Source: Rikenella microfusus
GTDB taxonomy: Bacteria > Bacteroidota > Bacteroidia > Bacteroidales > DYQK01
Assembly: GCA_020719385.1 (NCBI GenBank)
Contig: DYQK01000001.1
Coordinates: forward strand, 5,630 to 69,629
Direction: 5' to 3'
DNA: 64,000 bases
The first letter of the stretch is position 1. The number at the start of each line of letters is the position of its first letter. Below are positions 1 to 9,644 of this stretch, piece after piece. A program made the position numbers and the translations under genes. Below the pieces are notes generated by a model. The model worked only from the letters and a program-made list of their open reading frames with translations, had not been told where the DNA came from and ran no database searches.

Positions 1-273
1 GAAAGGTCGTCCAATTCAAATTTTGCCATTTCTCGAAGTTCGTCATCTTTTTCGTCAGAAAGAATTAATTTCGAATTATCAATATTGCTAAGAACATTTT
101 TATAATCTTTGTATGCGGCAATAATTGGTTGAAGGTCTTTGTATTCTTTGTTTAATTTCACATAACGCTTCATATCATTGAGCAACGAAGGGTCAGAGAT
201 TTGGGCAAAAATGTCTTCAAATTTTTGAGCAATACTCTCTAATTTGTTTAAAATCAAATTTTCACTCATCATT
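1..273 (-). CDS. prfA: peptide chain release factor 1, N-terminal part (gene runs off the window start)
   Basis: Not in the ORF track because it is truncated by the window. My translation from the ATG at 273-271 is MMSENLILNKLESIAQKFEDIFAQISDPSLLNDMKRYVKLNKEYKDLQPIIAAYKDYKN...DDELREMAKFELDDL. This follows the RF1 N-terminal pattern (SDP..., ..KEY..L.P.., ..E.REMA..EL). A TAnnTTTG box lies 20 nt upstream. Confidence 0.75.
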
Positions 274-292
274 TTAAATTTTTTCGAGCTGC

Positions 293-300
293 AAAGATAA
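293..300 (-). promoter_or_regulatory. Bacteroidota-type -7 box (TATCTTTG) for prfA
   Basis: The plus strand reads CAAAGATA, 20 nt upstream of the ATG. It matches the TAnnTTTG consensus. Confidence 0.55.
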
Positions 301-411
301 ATATTTTTTTTAATTTAACGAAAAATATTTCGAAAAATATTTGTTTTTCAAAAAGAGTTTTATTTTGACAAGTTTATTTGAGAAAAATTTTGTTTTTTCG
401 AAAAAAATTCT

Positions 412-419
412 TATTTTTG
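412..419 (+). promoter_or_regulatory. -7 box TATTTTTG for the 436 gene
   Basis: TAnnTTTG match 17 nt before the ATG, with a TTTG 19 nt further upstream (389-392). Confidence 0.55.
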
Positions 420-435
420 TGAAAAATCAATTTTT

Positions 436-972
436 ATGAAACGAATAATTTTGTGTTTAATTTTGAGTATTGCGTTTTTTTCAAATTTCGCTCAATGTAC
501 GCGTTTTGCGAAATATCCCATCGGCGATTCTGAAACTTTTGCGTATTTTGTTGGGAAACCCGATTCTGTCGAAGTTTCTAAAATGGAAAACGGAAATATA
601 GTTTACTCTACTTCGAATGTTTGCAACAACACAACTTTTGGAATTTTAGTGATAAAATTTGCAAATCCCATTTCTGCGGACAAAAAAACGCAGCAAGAAT
701 TACTCATCAACTATATGAATGTGACGAAAGAATTGTGCAACATTACGAAATCTACAGGTGTCGGACTCGGACATACGCATCCCAAAAATGCCGAAGCACA
801 AGGAATAATCGATTTTTGTTCAGACGCAAAAGACAATAATTTTAACTTGAAGGCGTGGATTAATACGAGATATGCAGCTATTTTGTACATAAGTTTCTCG
901 CCGCAAAACGAGTTAAATTTCAATATTCAGCAATTATTTCTCAATGGTTTTCGCTTTTCGGGAAAAGAGTAA
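436..972 (+). CDS. hypothetical secreted protein
   Basis: 178-aa ORF with an ATG start 17 nt after a TAnnTTTG box. It has a signal-peptide-like N-terminus (MKRIILCLILSIAFFSNFAQC). No family recognised. Confidence 0.5.
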   Translation: MKRIILCLILSIAFFSNFAQCTRFAKYPIGDSETFAYFVGKPDSVEVSKMENGNIVYSTSNVCNNTTFGILVIKFANPISADKKTQQELLINYMNVTKELCNITKSTGVGLGHTHPKNAEAQGIIDFCSDAKDNNFNLKAWINTRYAAILYISFSPQNELNFNIQQLFLNGFRFSGKE

Positions 973-980
973 CATTTTAG

Positions 981-1012
981 TTTCTGTCAGATTCTAAAAT
1001 ATTTGACAGAAA
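981..1012. repeat. TGTCAGAT-core palindromic element, copy 1
   Basis: TTTCTGTCAgattctaaaatattTGACAGAAA with 9-bp arms, lying between two convergent stop codons (972 and 1020). Confidence 0.75.
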
Positions 1013-1019
1013 TTTTTTG

Positions 1020-1961
1020 TTAAAAAATGGTTTTCAGAAACGGATGATAATCGTCGACAAGACTTGTTGGCTCGCTGTTGCGAATTTGATGAATAATTTC
1101 GATGCTTTCTCTTGCTTCTTTGATTCCAAAACCCTCGTTTTGCAAAATTTTCTCGTAAGAAAGAGTGTGTAAATCAACGAAACCGTCACTAAACTCAATT
1201 TCTTCGTTCTCAATTTTTATTGAACGAAACGTTCTTTTTCCTAAGATTTTTTCAGAATCAGGAATATCGTTAAAATCAATGCTCAAAAACCAACGCACTG
1301 TCGCTTTTTCCAAGAATAAAATTCCTGCCGCTTTGTTGGGTTTCAAAAGATGAACAATATTTTTCTGCACTTTTCCGAAAATCCAAATCAACATATCGAA
1401 AAAATGAACGCCGATGTTAGTCGTAATGCCTCCCGATTTCGAAATATCGGCTTTCCACGAGGAGAAATACCATTTGCCGCGCGAGGTAATATACGTTAGG
1501 TCTATCTGAAAATTTTTTTGTTCGGACAAAGAAATTTTATTTTTCAACGAAATAATGGTCGGATGCAGTCGAAGTTGCAAAATTGTATTAATTTTTTTGC
1601 CTGTTTCTGTCTCGATTTCCTGCAACGCATCGAGATTCCAAGGATTCAAAACTAAGGGCTTTTCACAAATTGCGTCAGCATTTTGCCGCAACGCAAAACG
1701 AATGTGCGAATCGTGCAAATAATTTGGCGTGCAAATACTCACAAAATCAATTTTTTGTTCATTTCTGCGAAGTTTGTCCAAATGTCTGTCGAAACGTTCA
1801 AATTCTAAGAAAAAATCCGATTCAGGAAAAAAATTATCCAGAATTCCAACATTGTCGTGCTTGTCGAGTGCCGCAACAAGTTCATTTTTTGTTTCCTTAA
1901 TTGCCTTGAAATGTCGCACCGCAATAAAACCCGCCGCACCCATAAGAGCAAATTTTTTCAT
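1020..1961 (-). CDS. Gfo/Idh/MocA family NAD(P)-dependent oxidoreductase (sugar-nucleotide dehydrogenase-like)
   Basis: N-terminal Rossmann segment LMGAAGFIAVRHFKAI and the family EKP motif (AICEKPL). The start lies 3 nt after the comEC stop, so the two are probably co-transcribed. Confidence 0.75.
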   Translation of the reverse strand: MKKFALMGAAGFIAVRHFKAIKETKNELVAALDKHDNVGILDNFFPESDFFLEFERFDRHLDKLRRNEQKIDFVSICTPNYLHDSHIRFALRQNADAICEKPLVLNPWNLDALQEIETETGKKINTILQLRLHPTIISLKNKISLSEQKNFQIDLTYITSRGKWYFSSWKADISKSGGITTNIGVHFFDMLIWIFGKVQKNIVHLLKPNKAAGILFLEKATVRWFLSIDFNDIPDSEKILGKRTFRSIKIENEEIEFSDGFVDLHTLSYEKILQNEGFGIKEARESIEIIHQIRNSEPTSLVDDYHPFLKTIF

Positions 1962-1964
1962 TTT

Positions 1965-4097
1965 TTACAAATTTTTTGCGAAATAACCTTTTTCAATAAC
2001 AGAATAGCAATTCACTTGATTTTCAACACATTGCTGTTTCCATTTCACCACATTTTTCCAAGAATTTGACGAATCAATAATAATTTCTTTCACCTCAAAC
2101 ATCAAGAGAAGTTGCGAAATAGAAATTTCTGCGTTTTGAGATAAAATTAAATAATCAAGTTTTATTTTTTGCGAAATATTTTTCGAAAATTGAAAATCCG
2201 AATTTATGACTTTGATTCGAAGCGAATGAAAACTCAAAAAATTGTCTTTGTAAAATAAAAACGGCGATAAGTTGTTGATTTTCAACTCATTAAAACGGAG
2301 TAAGGTTGCATCGTGTGCGCTAAGTGAAGTCCAATAATTTCGAAGATGAAAACTAATTTTGTTTGCGGTAACATTTGAATCGCAGATAAAAATATTTTTT
2401 TCTCCGTCAATAAAATTATATGCCGAGCAGCCGCTAATTGCGTAGACGTAAAAACTTTTTTGTTTAAGTTGTTGAAAATCAAATGTTAAACGAAAAACAT
2501 AAAACGCAATAATGAAATAAAAACCATATTTTATCAAATAAATTTTTCGATAAGTGAAAAATAAACTGACCGAGAAGATTGCCCCAAACAACAAAATCAT
2601 TTCCAGCCATCGAATTTCGATTCCGTGAATTGTCGAGAAAGGCAAATTTTCAATAAAAATCACTAAAAAATTTAACAATTTCACCGAATAATTTAGCAAA
2701 ATACTCAAAAAAGCCGCAACAGGTTCGAGAAACGAAACTAAAAAGAGTAAACCGCCGCCTGCAAGAATAATTGTCGAAAGCGGCACCGCAACAAAATTGC
2801 CGAGTAAAAAATAATTCGGAAATTGATGAAAATAATAAAGTCCGATGGGAAAAGTTCCTATCTGAGCGGCAACTGAGACACTTGTCAAAGCCCAAATTTT
2901 TTGCGAAATAAAATTTTTGGGTTCGTACAAATGAAAAATCATCGGGTAGAAGTAAACCAACGAAAAAACAGCAATAAACGAGAGAACAAAACCTATGTCA
3001 TTGATTAGCAACGGATTCCATAACAAAAGAAAAAACGCCGAAGCCGCCATAGTGTTATAAATATTTGAGTTTTTTTGCAAAGATTGCCCCAAAATAACAA
3101 ACGAGAACATTACCGTTGCCCTCAAAACGGCAGGCGAGAGTCCCGAAATAAACGCAAAAAACCATATAAAAAGCAACGTAATTAAGGGTTTTAAAATTTT
3201 TCCAAAACGAGGTTTATCTAAGAAAAAGAGAAAATATTGAATTAATAACGCAACAATTCCCACGTGCATCCCCGAAACCGAGAGAATGTGCATCGCACCT
3301 GAGGCGGAATAGGCTTGCAAAAGATTGTTGTCAATGTCGGCTCTGTAACCAAGAGTCAATGCGGAAAGTACGGCAAATTCTTCACCTTCGAAACCATATT
3401 TCTCATAAATTTTCAATAATTTTGTGCGAAGTTTATCTGCGTACAAGAGAAAAATATTTCCTTGATTTTTTTCTATCAAAGTCCATTCGTTTTTTGAGAT
3501 AAAAATTTGCAAAAAAATATCGTTGTTGGCAGAATATTTTTGATAATCAAATTCTCTTGGGTTTTGCGGTGCAGTAACGTTGTTAAATTTTGTTTTTAAA
3601 ATAATTTTATCGCCGTAACACAAAAGATTTGCGTTAGAATCTTTGCGAAAATACACCCAACTTTTAAAATTGACTTTTTTCCATTCGTTATTTTGCAAAA
3701 TTGCCTGAATTTCGAGACACGTTTTTGTCGATTTTTCTCGAATCAGTGGCGGCTGAATAATTATTCCGCATGCTGTTGTCGCAGAATCTTGCAAAATCGA
3801 GGTCGGCGGCTTATTTGTACAAAAATAAGAATCAATAAAACCTATCGAAAAAATAAAAATAGACAAAATTGTCCCAAAAATCCAACGCAAAGAATAATTT
3901 TCGAGAATTTTCTTAGAAAAAAAAACACACAAAAGCGAAATAAATGCAATAATTCCTAAAATTGTCGTTGCAAAAATTAAATTTGAAAAATAATTACACA
4001 GCAATATTCCAAAAATAAACGGAATCAGCAGTCGCACAAAGGGAATTTTTCGCAATTCTCCACTAAAATCAAGGTGAAAAATTTGTTTGCTTTTCAA
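1965..4097 (-). CDS. comEC: ComEC/Rec2 family DNA internalisation channel protein
   Basis: 710-aa polytopic membrane protein with the ComEC core motif SASGAMHILSVSGMHVG. TTG start. A TAnnTTTG box lies 38 nt upstream. Confidence 0.8.
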   Translation of the reverse strand: MKSKQIFHLDFSGELRKIPFVRLLIPFIFGILLCNYFSNLIFATTILGIIAFISLLCVFFSKKILENYSLRWIFGTILSIFIFSIGFIDSYFCTNKPPTSILQDSATTACGIIIQPPLIREKSTKTCLEIQAILQNNEWKKVNFKSWVYFRKDSNANLLCYGDKIILKTKFNNVTAPQNPREFDYQKYSANNDIFLQIFISKNEWTLIEKNQGNIFLLYADKLRTKLLKIYEKYGFEGEEFAVLSALTLGYRADIDNNLLQAYSASGAMHILSVSGMHVGIVALLIQYFLFFLDKPRFGKILKPLITLLFIWFFAFISGLSPAVLRATVMFSFVILGQSLQKNSNIYNTMAASAFFLLLWNPLLINDIGFVLSFIAVFSLVYFYPMIFHLYEPKNFISQKIWALTSVSVAAQIGTFPIGLYYFHQFPNYFLLGNFVAVPLSTIILAGGGLLFLVSFLEPVAAFLSILLNYSVKLLNFLVIFIENLPFSTIHGIEIRWLEMILLFGAIFSVSLFFTYRKIYLIKYGFYFIIAFYVFRLTFDFQQLKQKSFYVYAISGCSAYNFIDGEKNIFICDSNVTANKISFHLRNYWTSLSAHDATLLRFNELKINNLSPFLFYKDNFLSFHSLRIKVINSDFQFSKNISQKIKLDYLILSQNAEISISQLLLMFEVKEIIIDSSNSWKNVVKWKQQCVENQVNCYSVIEKGYFAKNL

Positions 4098-4134
4098 AAA
4101 TGTAAAAATTTAAAAGTTTAAAATATATTTTTCG

Positions 4135-4142
4135 CAAAAATA
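4135..4142 (-). promoter_or_regulatory. -7 box TATTTTTG for comEC
   Basis: The plus strand reads CAAAAATA, 38 nt upstream of the start. Confidence 0.5.
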
Positions 4143-4166
4143 AAAAAAGTTTTTCGTTTAAACAAT

Positions 4167-4760
4167 TTATTTTTTGAAATTTTTGACAAAATTTTTAAGT
4201 TTCTCAAAGCATTGATGTTCAAAATCCCAAATATTTTTTTCTGCTGCGAGTCCTAAACTATTCACAAGCGGAGTTTTTAACGCAAGATAAATTAAAATTT
4301 TCGATTTGTAAATATTTTTTGGTGAAAATTCTAAACATTCAAATATTTTTTCAATACAAAATATCTCTTTACTCGCAAAGATAGATTCTAAACAAAGCGT
4401 TTCCAACATTCCGCACTGACAAGAATTTGGCATAATGTAAATTCCTGTGTTTATTTTTTCATTTTCTGTGAACGAAATTGCCTCTTTAGGACTTTTAAAA
4501 CCACATTTCTCCAACGACATTTTTATACTTTGAAAAGCATTTTCAAAATTTTCATCAGCATCGCGGACTAAACCGAGTTTTTTAACTTTTTCAAAACCTG
4601 AAACGGCTTTTAACGTTTTTAATTCTTTCGTAAAATTGTCTTTTCCTCCAACATTAAAAATTTGAACTTCGCCAATTTCTAAATGTTTGAGAAAAACTTT
4701 GAAAAAAATTTCCTCATCTTTTCCCTCAACAGCCAAAATATTTTCACACTTAACTTCCAT
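4167..4760 (-). CDS. small TOPRIM-like protein (DUF4435/DUF3226/RloB-like), partner of the upstream ATPase
   Basis: 197 aa. Glu12 sits in AVEGKDE and a DxD motif in VRDADE (aa 65-70), which is the Glu...DxD arrangement of TOPRIM folds. The ATG lies 1 nt after the ATPase stop and is preceded by GGAGGTGA. The family assignment was not checked by HMM. Confidence 0.5.
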   Translation of the reverse strand: MEVKCENILAVEGKDEEIFFKVFLKHLEIGEVQIFNVGGKDNFTKELKTLKAVSGFEKVKKLGLVRDADENFENAFQSIKMSLEKCGFKSPKEAISFTENEKINTGIYIMPNSCQCGMLETLCLESIFASKEIFCIEKIFECLEFSPKNIYKSKILIYLALKTPLVNSLGLAAEKNIWDFEHQCFEKLKNFVKNFKK

Positions 4761-4761
4761 A

Positions 4762-5859
4762 TTATCTCACCTCCCAATTTTTTTCTAACGCAATTTCAAG
4801 CATTTCTAAATCAAAAGCGACAGCCTGAAAACCGTTTTCAATGTTTTTTTCCAATCGAAAAAGACGGATTTGCTCGTCTTTTTGAGAATTTTTTTCAAAC
4901 AAATACGCTTTTCGAAACGCTTTAACGCACTCAATAGAATGCGTCACCGCAAAAATTTGAACATTATATTTTTTTGCCGCCTCAAAAATCGCTCGCCAAA
5001 TTATTTCTATCGATTTAAAATGAAAACCATTTTCCACCTCATCAATTAAAACGCAACCATTCGCAAAATTCGCAATAGTTACAATTATTGACAAAGAACG
5101 CCGAATTCCGTCACCCATAACATTTATCGGCACAAGTTGCTCCAAACCTGCATCACAATAAATCAAATTATCGGCTCCGATAACAATATTTTTTATCGTT
5201 TTATCAATTTTCGACAAAACCTCAATAACTTTTCCGATTTGTTTCGTTTTAATTAACATGTCTAAACTTTGCGGAAGTTGATTCGAAATACTTGCCGCAT
5301 TAATAATTGTGCTGTTTAAAGTTTCCCGATAATTTTGTGGTTGACGCAACTGATACAAAATTCCTTGCGAATCAGGATAAATTGCCGCTTTGTAAAAATC
5401 ACTTATTCCTTTTTTTGAGATAGTTATATCGTAAACATAACCGTCAACAAGTTGATTTCTCATTGAAGTTGAGAGAGAAAGCAATTTTTCGAAAAAATTT
5501 TTGTCGAGAGTTGTGTTAATCTCGTTATTTTCGCTTGATTTTTTATGCGGCGAAATAATTAATTTGCGTTTTTGCTCATCTAATTCTGCTTCGATGACAA
5601 CTTTGTTTTCATAATTTAACTTGTGATAAATTAATTGATGTTCTTTGTCATCGCCCAAAATATAATTTAATCCGCGAAGTTGGTTGATAGAAAACGGTAA
5701 TTGAGGATTCGAAATACCTGTAATGAGAAATAATGCCTCTAAAACGGTCGTTTTTCCGCAATTATTTTCGCCGACAAATAAATTTACTTGTCTAAAATCA
5801 TTGATTTCGAGTTTATCTATGCCTCGAAGATTCTCAATTCGCAAACTTTTGTACTTCAT
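4762..5859 (-). CDS. ABC/SMC-like AAA ATPase (AAA_21/AAA_15-like, OLD/AriA/AbiLi-class)
   Basis: Walker A GENNCGKT (aa 30-37), a long helical insert, a signature-like MGDGIRRS, Walker B VLIDEVENGFH and H-loop VTHS. Confidence 0.8.
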   Translation of the reverse strand: MKYKSLRIENLRGIDKLEINDFRQVNLFVGENNCGKTTVLEALFLITGISNPQLPFSINQLRGLNYILGDDKEHQLIYHKLNYENKVVIEAELDEQKRKLIISPHKKSSENNEINTTLDKNFFEKLLSLSTSMRNQLVDGYVYDITISKKGISDFYKAAIYPDSQGILYQLRQPQNYRETLNSTIINAASISNQLPQSLDMLIKTKQIGKVIEVLSKIDKTIKNIVIGADNLIYCDAGLEQLVPINVMGDGIRRSLSIIVTIANFANGCVLIDEVENGFHFKSIEIIWRAIFEAAKKYNVQIFAVTHSIECVKAFRKAYLFEKNSQKDEQIRLFRLEKNIENGFQAVAFDLEMLEIALEKNWEVR

Positions 5860-5925
5860 TTTTTTCGTTTTTAAAAAAGTTTTTCACTTTTCCTGCGAAA
5901 AATGAAAAACTTTGTGAGTAAAATG

Positions 5926-8370
5926 TTATCGAATTTTCGCAGAAAGTTGTTTTTCGAATGTCGAAATCATTTTTTTCATAATTCCGTCAATCTGAGAATC
6001 GGTTAAAGTACGATTTTCGTCTTGCAAAACAAAACTTATCGCATAAGATTTTTTATTTTCGCCCAATTTTTCGTCTTGATAAATATCAAAAATCGAAACT
6101 TTTTTCAACAAACTTTTTTCAACAGACTCGGCTAACGTTTTTATTTGTTCAAAACGCACTTCATTATCGACCAATAATGCCAAATCTCGTCTCACTTCGG
6201 GATATTTCGCTATCTCGACATACTCAATTTTTTCAGAAAAATGTTTCAAAACATTGTCCCAATAAAAATCGGCAAAAAATATTTCTTGTTCAATATCGAA
6301 AAATTTTAACTTCGAAAATTGCGGATTCACCAAACCAAACTGCACAAAAATCTCGTTTTGCAACGAAAAAGTTAAACCATATTGAAAAATATCTTTTTGC
6401 GTTTCAGAAATTTGCCATTTCTCTGCATCAAAATTCAAATTTTTCAAAATATTTTCGACAAAAGTTTTTAACAAATAAAAACTTGTTGGTTTTTGCTTTT
6501 CCACCCAATTTTCTTCGCTTCGAAAACCCGTGAGAAATAAACTCAAATGTTGCTCTTCTTGATAAGAATTTAAACCATTTCCTGTTTTTTTCGAGTAACA
6601 ATTTCCAAATTCATACAATTTCAAATTCGGATTTTTATGATTTAAGTTGTGCGAAATGGCTTCGAGACCACCGAAAAGCAATGTTTGTCGCAAAACATTT
6701 AAGTCCGAACTCAACGGATTCGCAATTTTAACGCAAGAATCGGCAGGAAAAGTTTGCGAATAATCATAATACGCAGATTTTTGCAGCGAATTTGCCATCA
6801 TTTCGTTGAAACCGTTGCTGCTAAGAAAATTTGAAATCAAATTTCGAATTTTATGAGTGTCAGGTTTCGCTTGATAAGAAATTGCCGCATTGAGGTGCAA
6901 CGGAATTTCAACATTATTGTAACCATAAATTCGCAAAATTTCCTCAACAATGTCGGCAGGTTTTTGAACATCAACGCGATAAGGCGGCACTTTTAACGTT
7001 AACTCAAAGTCGTTTTCTGCAACAATTTTAATTTCGAGAGACGTTAAAATGTTTTTTATCACATTTTTCTCGATTTTTTTGCCGATTAACGAATCAATAT
7101 AATCGAAAGAAATTTTAATTTCAAAATCCTGAATTGGTTTTGGGTAAATATCGGTGATTTCGGAAGAAATTTCACCGCCAGCAACTTGCTGAATCAAAAG
7201 AGCAGTGCGTTTGAGTGCAAAAATTTGAACATTTGGGTCAACACCGCGTTCAAAACGAAACGAAGCGTCTGTGTTTAAACCGTGTTTTTTCGAAGTTTTG
7301 CGAATAAAAGTTGGGTTAAAATACGCACTTTCCAGAAAAATATTTGTCGTATTTTCAGAAACGCCCGAATCTTTGCCGCCAAAAACGCCTCCAATACACA
7401 TTCCGCCAAACGAATCGCAAATCATTAAGTCTTCGGCAAACAATTTTCGTTCCACACCATCGAGAGTTACAAATTGCGTTCCTTCGTTTAATGTCTTGAT
7501 AATGACTTTGTTACCGTTAATTTTATCTGCGTCAAAAGCGTGAAGCGGCTGCCCCAATTCGTGTAAAACGAAATTCGTAACATCAACAATGTTGTTGATA
7601 GGTTTTTGCCCGATGGCTTTTAATTTATTTTTCAGCCAATTCGGCGATTCAGCAACTTTTATATTCGAAATCGTTAAACCTGCGTAACGCGGACACGCTT
7701 CGATATTTTCGACTTCGACAAAAATAAAATTTTCAGTTTTGTCAATTTTAAAATTGTCAACAGACGGTTTTCGCAACGAAATATTTTTCCCCTGATTTTT
7801 GAAAAACGCAAATAAATCGCGGGCAACTCCAAAATGCGAGGCGGCATCAATATGGTTTGGCGTGATGGCAACTTCGATAATTGTGTCTTTGTAAACTCCG
7901 AAATAATCTTTTGCGAGAGTGCCGATTTTAGTTTCTGCGGGCAAAACCATTATTCCCTCGTGAGAAGTGCCGATTCCGATTTCGTCTTCTGCACAAATCA
8001 TTCCTTCGGAAAGTTCGCCGCGAATTTTTGCCTGTTTAATTTGAAAAGATTCCTCGCCTTTGTAAATTGTTGTCCCGATGGTTGCGACAATGACTTTTTG
8101 CCCTGCTTCGACATTTGAGGCACCGCAAACTATCGACAATAATTTTTCTTTGCCGACATCAACGGTTGTTAAACTCAATTTATCTGCCGATGGATGTTTA
8201 ATTTTGGTTTTTACCTCGCCGACAACAAACCCTTCGAGTCCGCCTTTGACAGACTCGTAAGTTTCAATTCCTTCGACTTCTAAACCAATGGAAGTTAAAA
8301 TTTTCCCCAATTCTTCGGGAGAAGCGTCAATAGATAAATATTCTTTGAGCCAAGAATAAGAAATTTTCAT
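5926..8370 (-). CDS. pheT: phenylalanine--tRNA ligase beta subunit
   Basis: 814 aa with the canonical N-terminus MKISYSWLKEYL. The tRNA-binding, B3/4, B5 and C-terminal anticodon-binding regions are recognisable. Confidence 0.95.
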   Translation of the reverse strand: MKISYSWLKEYLSIDASPEELGKILTSIGLEVEGIETYESVKGGLEGFVVGEVKTKIKHPSADKLSLTTVDVGKEKLLSIVCGASNVEAGQKVIVATIGTTIYKGEESFQIKQAKIRGELSEGMICAEDEIGIGTSHEGIMVLPAETKIGTLAKDYFGVYKDTIIEVAITPNHIDAASHFGVARDLFAFFKNQGKNISLRKPSVDNFKIDKTENFIFVEVENIEACPRYAGLTISNIKVAESPNWLKNKLKAIGQKPINNIVDVTNFVLHELGQPLHAFDADKINGNKVIIKTLNEGTQFVTLDGVERKLFAEDLMICDSFGGMCIGGVFGGKDSGVSENTTNIFLESAYFNPTFIRKTSKKHGLNTDASFRFERGVDPNVQIFALKRTALLIQQVAGGEISSEITDIYPKPIQDFEIKISFDYIDSLIGKKIEKNVIKNILTSLEIKIVAENDFELTLKVPPYRVDVQKPADIVEEILRIYGYNNVEIPLHLNAAISYQAKPDTHKIRNLISNFLSSNGFNEMMANSLQKSAYYDYSQTFPADSCVKIANPLSSDLNVLRQTLLFGGLEAISHNLNHKNPNLKLYEFGNCYSKKTGNGLNSYQEEQHLSLFLTGFRSEENWVEKQKPTSFYLLKTFVENILKNLNFDAEKWQISETQKDIFQYGLTFSLQNEIFVQFGLVNPQFSKLKFFDIEQEIFFADFYWDNVLKHFSEKIEYVEIAKYPEVRRDLALLVDNEVRFEQIKTLAESVEKSLLKKVSIFDIYQDEKLGENKKSYAISFVLQDENRTLTDSQIDGIMKKMISTFEKQLSAKIR

Positions 8371-8394
8371 TTTTTCTCGAATTTTTTAAACCCG

Positions 8395-8402
8395 CAAAGA
8401 TA
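8395..8402 (-). promoter_or_regulatory. -7 box TATCTTTG for pheT
   Basis: The plus strand reads CAAAGATA, 25 nt upstream of the ATG. Confidence 0.55.
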
Positions 8403-8443
8403 AAAATTTTTTGAGAAAAAAAGAATTTTTTGTTAAAATTAAC

Positions 8444-8470
8444 TTGCCAAATTTTTCAAAATCTGACAGG
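8444..8470. repeat. TGTCAGAT-core palindromic element, degenerate copy 2
   Basis: TTGCCAAATTTTTCAAAATCTGACAGG, 20 nt after the dnaJ stop. It shares the string TTTTTCAAAATCTGACA with copies at 27491 and 28769 (reverse complement). Confidence 0.6.
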
Positions 8471-8490
8471 TTTGCTTGTAAAAAAATATT

Positions 8491-9627
8491 TTAACTAAAA
8501 AAGTCTTGCACTTTTTTGAAAAAAGTTTTTTCACTCGAATTTGGATTTGGTGAAAAACTGGGTGATTTTGCCAATTTCTCAAGAATTTTGTGTTCATCTT
8601 TCGAAACATCTTTTGGAATCCAAACATTCACTCGAACTAACAAATCGCCGCGGGAATAACCGTTCACATCGGGCAAACCTTTGCTTCGCAAACGCAAAAT
8701 TTTGCCTGTTTGTGTTCCTGGGTCAATCTTAACTTTTGCTTTGCCGTCAAGTGTTGGAATTTCAACGGTTGTTCCTAATATTGCGTCAGGAACGCTGACA
8801 AATAATTGATAAAGCAAATCATTTTCGTGTCGCACAAGTTCGGGATGTGGTTCTTCCTCAATAACAATGATTAAATCGCCGTTCATTCCGTTTCTGCGTC
8901 CTGCATTTCCTTTTCCTGAAACAGATAACTGCATTCCTTCGGCTACTCCAGCAGGAATATTGATGGTTAAAACTTCGTCTTCTTTAACTATTCCCTCGCC
9001 GTGGCAACTTGAACATCGATTTTGAATGATTCTTCCGTCTCCGCCGCAAGTTGGACAAACGGTTGCTGTCTGAATTCTGCCGAAAAAGCTGTTTTGCATT
9101 TGCATTACTTGTCCCGTTCCGTGGCAAGTGTTGCATTTTGACGGAGTTGAACCTTTCGCTGCACCGCTTCCTAAACATTCTTTGCAAGGAACGTATTTGT
9201 TCACTTTGATTTTCTTTTCGACACCTTCAGAAATTTCTTTGAGAGTAAGTTTCACTTTCACTCGAAGATTAGAACCTCTGTTGACTCCGCGTCTTGTGTC
9301 GCCTCTTGAGGAGCCGAATCCGAAACCAAATCCTTGAAAAATATCTTCGAAACGCGAGAAAATGTCTTCCATTGAGGAGAAATCGCTTGCTCCGCCTGTT
9401 GTGCCCATTCCTGCGTGTCCGAATTGGTCGTAACGACTGCGTTTTGTGTCATCACTCAATACTTCGTAAGCCTCTGCCGCTTCTTTAAATTTTTCCTCTG
9501 CGGCTTTGTCATCAGGATTTCGGTCAGGGTGATATTTTAACGCAAGTTGTCGATATGCTTTTTTTATTTCCTCTTTCGAAGCATTTTTGTCAACACCTAA
9601 TACTTCGTAATAATCTCTTTTTTCCAT
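8491..9627 (-). CDS. dnaJ: molecular chaperone DnaJ
   Basis: J domain with HPD (KYHPDRNP), a G/F-rich linker, and four CxxCxGxG zinc-finger repeats ([32 protein letters not shown]). Confidence 0.95.
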   Translation of the reverse strand: MEKRDYYEVLGVDKNASKEEIKKAYRQLALKYHPDRNPDDKAAEEKFKEAAEAYEVLSDDTKRSRYDQFGHAGMGTTGGASDFSSMEDIFSRFEDIFQGFGFGFGSSRGDTRRGVNRGSNLRVKVKLTLKEISEGVEKKIKVNKYVPCKECLGSGAAKGSTPSKCNTCHGTGQVMQMQNSFFGRIQTATVCPTCGGDGRIIQNRCSSCHGEGIVKEDEVLTINIPAGVAEGMQLSVSGKGNAGRRNGMNGDLIIVIEEEPHPELVRHENDLLYQLFVSVPDAILGTTVEIPTLDGKAKVKIDPGTQTGKILRLRSKGLPDVNGYSRGDLLVRVNVWIPKDVSKDEHKILEKLAKSPSFSPNPNSSEKTFFKKVQDFFS

Positions 9628-9644
9628 AATTTTTTGATAAAAAA

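Noticed and set aside
8371-8490. T-box, riboswitch or leader peptide upstream of pheT, and riboswitches in other long 5' regions (16213-16580, 49344-49595)
   Set aside because: These regions are almost pure A/T, with no conserved G/C-rich helices or specifier or terminator-antiterminator alternatives visible. Without a covariance-model scan I cannot support any call.
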